Origin: Amoeboaphelidium protococcarum X5
Taxonomy: Eukaryota > Fungi > Aphelidiomycota
Direction of reading: 5' to 3'
DNA: 64,000 bases
NCBI GenBank assembly: GCA_023515725.1
Contig: JALDTO010000266.1
Coordinates: 929,042 to 993,041, forward strand
The notes under the pieces were generated by a model that saw only the letters and a program-made list of their open reading frames with translations, was not told the DNA's origin and searched no databases. The position numbers and the translations under genes are program-made. Of the stretch, positions 53,101 through 62,489 are shown piece by piece (the first letter of the stretch is position 1; each line of letters starts with the position of its first letter).

Positions 53101-55533
53101 ATGTCTGGCAGGAAGCGTTCTAGAGCAGTGTAGAGTGACTCGTAGCCATCTGGAGGTGGTATCACCACCTCCAACAGTAGTACTGGCATCCCAGCCGTTG
53201 ATGAGTGTGCTGGTGTTGGCAGTAGTGTCGGCGTATCCGCCTCCTCAAGTTCTGGTCTGGCTGGGTGCGAGGCTGAAACAAGTGTTGTTAGCATGAATCA
53301 AACTGCTGATATCACTTCACAAAGTTCTGCTCAAGTCAGTGCTGCTTTCAATAGGTAGCTGGAGAATGAAGATGAAGATGACGACGACGATTACGACTCT
53401 GATGATGGTCTGGATGATGAGCAGTTGGCGAAGAAGGTGAAGAGACGCAAGAAGTCGGAGAACAGCCATGTGTATCGCATTGAAGCGGCGTACAAGTATA
53501 AGCTGGATGAAGGCATTGGAGAGACGTTGAAGCTGCTGAGGTTGACTCGATCCGACGTATCTGTGCCACTCACTGGCGGTAGGCCTTTGGCTGTGAATAG
53601 TATGTAAGCCTACTAGAAGCATTACAGAGGATTGCGGTACTTTTTTGCGCTAATTGGTGACTACAGCTCGAGTTTAATGCTGCTTCCTAACCCCCCGCAG
53701 TACACACCGTCAATGAACGCCAAGAGCATCATTTTGTTTATCAAGTTCAAGCGTAATGAGAAGGGTTCTTTGCTAAAAGACGAGAATGGCAACGCTGTGA
53801 AATGTGTCTATGGGCACGATATCAAGTGCTAGGGTGGTTGGAATATGCCACAGAATGTTGACCAGTTGTTATCGGCTGTCTCTGTGCTGCATGATAGTCG
53901 TAATTAGAGGGGGGAGTACAGAGATATCTGCGAAGAGTGCATCCAACGTTCTGAGCGTGGTGATAGATCTGGCTGTCGGTTCCATCCGATGGCTCCTCGT
54001 ATTTGGCTGGGTGGAGATCCAAAGAATTCTTCCCTCATGACTAACATGTAGAGATTGAACTCCCGCGATGGATGCAGCTACGTGTCCGAAGGCAGCTAGC
54101 CGCTCACACCTTGGGAATTACTACGTCTCCGCGAGTATTTCATCTCGAAAAATGATGCGAAGTCATTCATGATGTGGACGATGATTATCGTTAGTATCAA
54201 GCTATTTCTGCGCAATGATGAAGTCACCGATTTGAAAATTCATGATCCTAGGCTGGAAAATTGTCTCAACAAGGATCTTGCGACCTTTCAAAGTGATGGC
54301 AGTATATCTTCCCTTGCTTTCTACATTAAAGGCAAGTCTGATCGTGTTAGAGTGTGCTTGACTCTTTGGACGGATTATGATGTGCCCGAATTGTGCCCGG
54401 TTCGTGCGCTTTTGACGTGGATTTTTATTTCTGGGATTAGAACTGGATTCTTGTTCCCTCAAGAGAGTACACTGGATGCTGTGAAGCAAGTTGGGCATGC
54501 GGCGTACAACATCTCTTACGTATCTTATCATAGGCAGTATCAGAAAGCTTGTAAGATTGCTACCGGCAATCCCGATGGTAAATTTGGTACGCACACTAGT
54601 AGGAAGACTGGCTATTTGCTTGCTGTTTGGGGAATGGGATCAGAGATTGACATCACTAAGAGTGCGCGACACGCTTCGTCCGCTAATGCCGCATTGTATA
54701 AGAAGGATGCTAGCTATTTGCTAGAATTAGCGAAGACTAGACGTTTGGACGTGTCTTCCGTGGTAAGCAAATTCAGATCAGCCTACTGTGAGTAGCTATA
54801 GATGGCTCGCAGTCTGAATGCTGCCCATTCTAGAGGCAATTTTTGTCTGCAGCAGGTGAGTCAAGAGATTGTTCGTAGCTTATGTGGATTATCTGATGTT
54901 GATGCAGTTGGTGGACCTAGAGTGATTTACGATGCACTTCTCCAGTTGCAGAAGAAAGAGACTGTGCTGCAGCTTATTGAGGCAAAGTTGAAAGAAATTG
55001 CACCTAATGCCACTCCGGAGGAGATTAATGAGCTGCGTAGGATGCTTGAGCTTTATGCGAATGGATTGATTGCTGCCACTCAATCAGCTAAGTTGAAGTA
55101 GCCAAAATCTACTCTGACTTCTCAATAATCTTCTTCCAGATAGTTACGTGAACAAGCTGCGGTTCACTCTGATGATGAACTCTATGAATCCGATGAAGAA
55201 GACACTGACGTAGCTGATGTTGTACCTGCCATCACAGCTGTTCAGTAGGATGAAGTTGTGAATGATATGCCTGGGAGAGAGAAAGTGAGAAAAGCGAAGA
55301 CTGCCATGGCGAAGTTGGAGGCCATTCTTGCAGTGGATGATCCTGGCTCAACCGTCGGGTTATCAGCTGGCGCCAAATCATTCTACGTGAAGCAATACTG
55401 CCCGATCATGAAATGTCTGAGAAAGCACTTTGGCGGTGATTTGGATAAGTTCATCGCACATTGGGGGAACTTCAAACCAACTAGCTTCAAGACAAACAAT
55501 TGCTCTGGTACCATGGATGAGTGTAGTATTTGA
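53101..55533 (+). mobile_element. Crypton-type tyrosine recombinase transposase (810 aa), intact
   Basis: Catalytic residues FLRNDE (R), KGKSD (K), GTHTSRKTGY (HxxR), SARH (H), ALYKKDA (Y); LCPVRALL; Cys/His cluster CEEC..GCRFH..GDP. Confidence 0.85.
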
Positions 55534-55674
55534 ACAAGACAGATAATATGGAGACTGAGATTGAAAGTGGATTTAATACAAAAAGTTTAATGCAAAATCA
55601 TTGAGGATTTGTTTGAAACAACTGACTTGTCTGTTTTCTGCGAGATCACCGTCGCGCGCTCGATCGCTCGCGCA

Positions 55675-55994
55675 TTCTTCCAACGTCAACCTTAACGGTT
55701 TCCGTTTTTGCACTTTGCACTTTTAACAATAAGAGCATTTTATTCATCTCAAGCTTTCTTTCATTTCTATAATAGTTTTTACAACTTGGTAAAAAAAGTG
55801 AGTAAAATGTAGTTTATAAAAAGAAGTTCTAAAACTTTGTATTTAGAACTCAAAATTATTTAGACTAACAAGACTTCAAGGATTTACCAGCTTTTTACAT
55901 ATCAATGTAAAACTAATACGATGAATTAATAACTGGTAATCCGTATATAAAAAGATGCTTGATATTCAAATGTTTGTAGATACAGGAAGGTTGA
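55675..55994 (+). pseudogene. 5'-truncated small two-TM protein (SLATT-like) at the viral junction
   Basis: ILPTSTLTVSVFALCTFNNKSILFISSFLSFLQQFLQLGKKSEQ...YDELITGNPYI; no upstream in-frame ATG. Confidence 0.4.
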
Positions 55995-56031
55995 TTAAAA
56001 AATATTATCTTGTAAAGAAGTAAAGACTAAA

Positions 56032-56766
56032 ATGGAAGGTATTACTGAGAAGCAAATAGTGTATTTACACTCTAAATTTAGAGATTAAGGTAGCATTTCG
56101 AATCCTCAGTACATCTTAAAAACTCCAATCACTTAAGCAAAACGTGTGAAAATTAAGAGACTTCTTATTCCACTAAGTTTGTACACCTTTGACACTCGTA
56201 ATTAAAAGTTTAGTATTCAAGAAGAGACTTCAGCCACTGTTTTCAACTTTACAATTCCTCAAGGATTTTACAGCAGCACGACACTTCCAGATGTGCTGGA
56301 AACTCTTATAAATGCATCCACCACTGGAGTGTTCACTATAACTTACAATACACTTACAAACACTTTCACCTTTTCAAGTACTGAATCGTTTAGATTTGTA
56401 AGTGTAAGTTAAAATGAAGCTTACTATGAGTTGGGTATAACAAGTGATTAGATAGGTGGAGTTTACAGTACAACAGTCACAGGACAAGACTAAATAGATT
56501 TGTCAAGTTCATGTAAACAACTTTACATATAGTCAAATGTAGGAATTGCAAAAGTTCATAATACACAGAAGAATATAATGGCCTGTATAAACATCCCTTA
56601 AAGTAGTGTAAACATTGGGTTTTATTAAGATGACGGTGGTGATTATATGGACATAAACTAGTCTCAAGTTTCCACATTGGACTTTACACTTTACGACTCC
56701 CAATTCAGACCTATTGTTTCAATGTTCAAAGATTGGAGCATTGATATTATATTTGAACAAGAATGA
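56032..56766 (+). CDS. Minor capsid (penton, single jelly-roll)-like protein
   Basis: Beta-rich 244 aa with the pattern YLHSKFRDQG..LIPLSLYTF..FTIPQGFYS..L..LIN..TYNTLT..ELG..IDL..LYIQSN..LDFTLYD..DWSIDIIF, typical of PLV/virophage/NCLDV pentons. Confidence 0.72.
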
Positions 56767-56782
56767 AACTGAAGTTTACACT

Positions 56783-56817
56783 TCAAAACATATCAAAGTA
56801 ATAGTCTTATTTTTAAA

Positions 56818-56856
<39 letters not shown>

Positions 56857-57373
56857 GCTGCTGCTGCTGTGGCTCTTCCTCTTCTTCTTCTTCTTCCACT
56901 TTTTCAACCTTTTACTTTTTTACAGTCTTTACAGGTTTCTTACGAACCACTTACCTCTTTGGTTGTTGAGGTGGCTCAGGTTTCAATAAGTTTGATAATT
57001 TAATAAGACTCTTTTTATCAAGTTATACTTTTTACTTACTTGGTTTAACAAGCACCTTCTTCTTCTTCTTCTTTTTATTCACCTTTTCACTTTTAACACT
57101 TTCAATTGAAGAATCACTTTGACTTTCACTTGAACTGGAACTACAGGAACTGGAACTGTCAGTATCACTAGATTCACTTTCACTTTCACTTTCCTGTTTT
57201 GGTTTTGTTTTTTGTTTTGGTTTCTATTTCTGTTTCTTCTACCTTACAATTTCAGGCTTTTTCTTTGGTTATACAGTTTTAAATTTAGGTTCAACTTCTT
57301 ATTAAGCTCCACAATATCCACAAAACTCCACTTTTTATCCAATCTTTTTAAAACAACTTTCACACACTTTCAT
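56783..57373 (-). CDS. Viral zinc-ribbon protein with Lys/Ser/Glu/Gln low-complexity tail
   Basis: MKVCESC..FCGYCG; poly-Q encoded by (CAG)5(TAG)12; ends at TGA. Confidence 0.7.
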
Positions 57374-57500
57374 TTTAACTTGTCTTTGATTTTACTATAA
57401 TGTAAGAAAATAATTTAAAAATTGATTCATATATCAATTCAAATTAAAACGAGCTCAGTTTGATTTAAAAAATAAAATCTAAGTATAGTAATAATAAAAA

Positions 57501-58541
57501 ATGACATATTAAAACTTTTTGGCTGACAGGAAAAGCGCGTCAAGCAAATACAATGCCGAACAACTATGGGATTTCCTTGGAGATGACCTTTTAAATCTGA
57601 AGACTTTGGAGGACAAGGAACGCGTGAAGAACAAGATTTTAACAAGCGACACTTTAAAAGACACTGTTAAAAAGAGTTTCATTTCAACCTTGAACGCTTA
57701 CTTAAAAACACCAGCTTTGAACCTGTACGAACACACAGATAGAGATTTGACGATTAGATTAAATGAAGAATACTAACAGAATAAAGAACCAAAAAATGTT
57801 CATGAACACACTTAGTTAAATGAAAAGTTTTAGTAGTATTGTCATAATTTAATGAACAGAGAAAAGGTTGGTTATAGTGAATATTCACAAGCTCTTTTAA
57901 TAGCATTGTGCTTGACACAAGCCCCGAAAAGAACAGCGGATTACTTCAACTTGTAATGGAAACACATTGATATTAAAAATCAAATTATTAATTGGCCTGA
58001 GCTTTCAAAGGTGTAAAGAGAAGCTGAGCCGTAGAAATATAAATATAATACTACGATACACCAATTAATTGAAAAGATTAATTAGAGATTTGATTTGGAA
58101 AGTGAACAGTTTGTGATTGAATACTAGGGAAATCGTCTTGATGACAACGGAGGGTATGTAAAGTTTCTACGTAGAGCAAGTTAGAAGATTTTAGAATAGT
58201 CCTTGACCGGTAATGATTTCAGGAAGATTTGGGTGTGTAAAGTTCACTTTGAAAATATGAAAAACCCAAAAAAGTTATACGATAAATTACAAGAGACAGC
58301 TAAAGACATGGGAAACAGTTATAACACACTACAAAAACACTACAACATTCATAATCCTGAAACAGAAGTTGAAGCTGAAGAAGCTGCGGCTGAGGTAAGT
58401 ATTGGAACACAAACAGAGCCTTGTAAACTTGAAAACTATTTGAATCAAATAGAATCTGTGATGAAAAGATTCAATATAACTGACCCTTTCAAAGCACGTG
58501 AATTTCTGCTTCTTTGTAAAAATGACGTCACAACTCAGTGA
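57501..58541 (+). CDS. Viral tyrosine recombinase/integrase
   Basis: QAPKRTADY (R), LSK (K), TGNDFRKIWV (xxxR), AKDMGNS, LQKHY (Y). Confidence 0.78.
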
Positions 58542-58546
58542 TTTTT

Positions 58547-58570
58547 CGATTATCGTGTTTTCGATAATCG
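58547..58570. terminator. 9-bp perfect hairpin between convergent viral genes
   Basis: CGATTATCG-tgtttt-CGATAATCG in the 40-bp gap between two TGA stops. Confidence 0.4.
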
Positions 58571-58581
58571 TTTTTTTGATT

Positions 58582-59490
58582 TCAGACTGTTTTGAAAATA
58601 GCTGTAAACAAGTGAATTAATACATCTACAGCCATACTATTACCAGCTTGTTTATACATTTAAGAGTCGCTAACTACTTGTTTGAAAGACGGGGAGAAGC
58701 CTTGTAAGTTTAAACATTCTCTGGGCAATAAGAAACGATTAAGTGTGGTATAATAGTATCTATTACAAAACGTAACCAGCGTAGGACATATTTTATAACC
58801 TTATACTCCCCAGTTAAAATCAGTAACTATATAATCTTTCTAGTAATTGATTTAATCCAAGTTTTTCAATAGAGTTTTATTCTTTCTATCAGTACTAGAA
58901 TTTCCTTTAAAATTTTTACACATCATGCTTTCCAATGACGTCATTGGAATTTTAGGAGGTGTTTGATAATCGGTAATCTAAAGTGATTTCTTGATTCCAA
59001 AAATAAACAGTCTTTTTCGATTTTGCGGTAAACCGTAATCTTTAGCGTTCAAAATCTCAGTGTAAAGGTTGTAAACCTCGTCTTTTTAAAGCTCTGTTAA
59101 AAGGTAATTATACGCCGTTCCATTCTATGATTTTACAAATCTTGGCACATTTTCAAGTATGAAAATATTTGGTTTAATAGTTTGTATTGTCTTGATACAC
59201 TCTTTCATCACTTCAGCTCTTGGGTCGTCAAAACCACGTCGCTTCCCGAGCGTGCTGAATGATTGACATGGGAACCCACATACGTATAAATCAATCTATG
59301 GAAGTTTTGAATGGTCTCTTGTTAAGATATCATCATAGAAATATTCTGGTTCGTAATTAGCTTGAATACTTTTCTTAACAAATTTATCCACGTCGCAGCT
59401 GAATACATGTTTAAATGGAATCTCCATTCTTTAAAGAGCTTATATCGGAGCTTCAATACCACTACAGTCTGTTCCAATTCTTAGAACCAT
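58582..59490 (-). CDS. C5-cytosine DNA methyltransferase (prokaryote/virus type)
   Basis: TDCSGI (motif I variant), DLYVCGFPCQSFS (IV), ILENV (VI), YGLPQNRKRLF (VIII), YKQAGNSM (X). Confidence 0.93.
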
Positions 59491-59578
59491 CTTTAATCTA
59501 AAGTAGTGGAAAAATTTGTTTGAACAATCGAATGGATTGAAAATAATTTTATTATTAGTAGTAGTAAAGTAAAACAAA

Positions 59579-61114
59579 ATGGGTAAGGTTATTAACGTTT
59601 ATCACACTTCTTGGAGTAATTATGGAAGAAATTTTCAAGTTGCTGATTTAGGCAAGTAGATAGATGCGGGCGTTAGTGATGTGTCTTACGCGTTCTTTAA
59701 TTTAGTGTAAGAAGCAAACGGTTGGATTATAAAGAGTGGTGACGAATGGGCTGAGTTTTAGAAGACTTATGGAACTGATGGAAAGGCTTCTGTAGGTAAA
59801 CCTGACACGTGGGAAGATTCATCCGCTAACAACGCCGGAAATTTTGGACAACTTAGAAAGTTGAAGGAGGCTGGGAAACAATTTAATCTTCATCTGTCTG
59901 TGGGCGGATGGACATGGAGTAAAAACTTTTCACTAGCTGTAAGAACTCCAGAGTCTAGAACAACTTTAGTCAGTTCAATAATCCAATTCTTTAAAGATTA
60001 TCCAATTTTTAATGGAATAGATTTCGATTGGGAGTATGTAAGCAATGACGGTAAGAATTATGGTAACGAAGGGAATATAGCACACCCTGACGATTCTAAA
60101 AATTTTCAATTGTTTTTGAAATAGTTGAGAACTGAAATGTAAACCAACGGGTTTGGAAGTTACATTATTGGTATGTGTGTTGTTGCAGCCCCTGAAAAAG
60201 CTGTGTTTGATATTGAAAATGTACATCCGCTTGTTGATGAAATAAGAATTATGACTTACGATTTTCATAGTGGCGGTTTCGGTGAAAAAATTACAAGACA
60301 TTAAACAAGTACAAGAAAATCACAGTTTAGTAATTATTCAGCTGAAGAAGCGGTTGATTTTTACCTTTCTAAAGGTGTGCCGTCTGAAAAGCTTTTAATA
60401 GGCGTTGCTTTTTACTCTAGAGGGTTTTCCAATTCTCAAGGTTTGGGTAAACCTGCTGATGGAAACAGCCCCGACTTTCAGTTTGCTGAAGAACCCGGTG
60501 TTGTGCCCTATCATATGTTACCACGTCCTGGTGATACTGAGCTTTTTGACCCGGAAGCACAAGCAGGGTATTCTTACAGTGAAACTAGAAAAGTCTTCAA
60601 TTCATACGATACTGTTGAATCTGTAAGGGCGAAATGTAAATTAGTAAAAGAGAAGAACTTGAAAGGTATAATTGTTTGGGAATCTGCAGGTCATACTAGA
60701 GATGTTGGAGGTCCCCGTTGTTTGATTACAGCTATGAGAAATGAGTTTTCTGGTTAATCACCTGTTAATCCTCCGCCTGTAAATCCTCCTCCCGTTGTTA
60801 ATCCTCCTCCGCCTGTTAATCCTCCACCTGTAAACTCTCAGGTTTCTTAGTGGAATCCTTCAGATTTTTACAAAATTGGTGAAAAGGTTGTCTATAACGG
60901 TAAGGTGTATGAATCTTTGAATAGTTTTTAGAGTATTTCTGTGTGGACTCCTGATACAGTTCCAGCACTCTGGAAACTTGTAAGTGATAATACCCCTTCA
61001 CAGCCAATTGAAAAACCTGTTGAAAACCCCGCTGACCAATCAGCTGAGAATAAATATTTGAGATTTATTTAAGAATTACTTAAACAAATAACTGATTTTT
61101 TAGAAGACAATTGA
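59579..61114 (+). CDS. GH18 chitinase with Pro-rich linker and CBM5/12-like chitin-binding module; no signal peptide
   Basis: SVGGWTWS, FNGIDFDWEY (DxDxE), MTYDF, GVAFYSRG, SYDT, IVWE; VNPPP repeats; WNPSDFYKIGEKVVYNGKVY..WTPDTVPALW. Confidence 0.93.
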
Positions 61115-61184
61115 AAATCAATAATTGAAAAATGAAAATCAATAATCAAAATTGATTTAACCAAATCAATTGTGTGAAAACACA

Positions 61185-61466
61185 ATGAATCAAGAAAATA
61201 TTGAGAAATTGGTTAAAACACTGTCAAAAGACTTTAAAGTTTGTAAAGAGATTAACACTTATAACGGTAAGGAATTTAAGAGAGTACTTTACAAGTAATA
61301 TAACGACGAATTCATTAAAGACCATTCCAAGAGGATACTGTAAGAATATTTACACCGCTGGTTAGAGTTGTACAGTATCACTTTTAAGTTTAAGAAGGAT
61401 TATAACGAATTACTTAACCAAGTTATTAACAAACTTGAAGAGATTGACGAACCTTGTTCAATTTGA
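61185..61466 (+). CDS. Hypothetical viral protein (93 aa)
   Basis: ATG-to-TGA frame open under TAR=Gln, filling the gap between the chitinase and HNH genes. Confidence 0.55.
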
Positions 61467-61468
61467 TT

Positions 61469-61972
61469 TCAACCTTTAGGAAATTCAAGAATGAAACGAT
61501 GCCCTTAACTATTTAATTCTTCCATTGTTTAGTTTCTTATAATTACTGCGTCTTCAAAGTGTTCAAAACAACCGTAAGATTTTTTTTAGCGGTTTATATA
61601 AAAATATACCCGCCATTTCCCAGATTATTTACACCAACTGATATTACATTCCCCTGAAGTATTGTTCTTTTATTTTCCACGGTATTGATTATTTTGTTAG
61701 GGTGTAACTATTTCTAAATTGTCTAATCTGTTATCATCTTTAACTCCGTTGATGTGGTTTATATGCATACCTTCAGGTATTTCACCTACAAACATTTCGT
61801 AAATTTTGCGGTGAACTAAAACCGTCTTTTTCACATTAGTATCCCAAAATTGTAAATATCCCCGGTTATGTAAGCTCAGCTTTTAAAATTACCCCTATTT
61901 TTTATTAAAAATCTAACCATTAGAAAAATACCAATAAAAGTCGTCTTCAATACTTATAACACCTTAATTCAT
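61469..61972 (-). CDS. HNH endonuclease with C-terminal AP2-like domain
   Basis: RGYL..VHRKIYEMFVGEIPEGMHINHINGVKDDNRLDNLEIVT..N, NNTSG..ISW..GKWRV..YGCF..AVIIRN. Confidence 0.88.
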
Positions 61973-62019
61973 TTTTATCTTTAAAATACCTTAAAGATAA
62001 AACTTTAAATTAAAATATA

Positions 62020-62352
62020 TCACTTAACTTTCATAAGTATACCTCTCTACTAATGACCGTCAATTTTTTTCATTTTGATAGCGTATTTACCTTCCAACAT
62101 TTAACTAAATGAACAAGTAAATATCTTCCTTGGTAGATTAGAAGCAGGGTTCACTCTTTTATGATATTCATATAAGTCTCTAAAAGTTATAAAAACATAA
62201 TCTTTGTCTTTGATACTATATTACTACAAACTTTGTTTGTTTAACTCTATTAACTCTAGAAACCCCTGTAAATAAATCTACGCTTCTTTCACTCTTTTAT
62301 CGTAAAACAACTGGTAAGCGTTTTTAAATGCGTCTTTTACTTGTTAATCCAT
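62020..62352 (-). CDS. Hypothetical viral protein (110 aa), possibly winged-helix like a D5 C-terminal domain
   Basis: ITFRDLYEYH..IFTCSF..KKIDGHQQRGI. Confidence 0.5.
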
Positions 62353-62489
62353 ATTTTTGTATCTTTTAATTACAGTAAAATATATTCAATTCTTTAAATT
62401 ATGTTTAAGATAAAAATATTTTCTATTTGTTATAATTAAACTAATATATATCAATTTAAAGATTTCAAAATATATAATATTAAAACAAA

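Noticed and set aside
56714-56989. Poly-Leu 'membrane' ORF on the plus strand
   Set aside because: It is the antisense of the (CAG)5(TAG)12 poly-Gln viral gene.
58582-61972. MTase plus HNH as a restriction-modification pair
   Set aside because: They are not adjacent, and HNH-AP2 is the usual free-standing homing endonuclease architecture.
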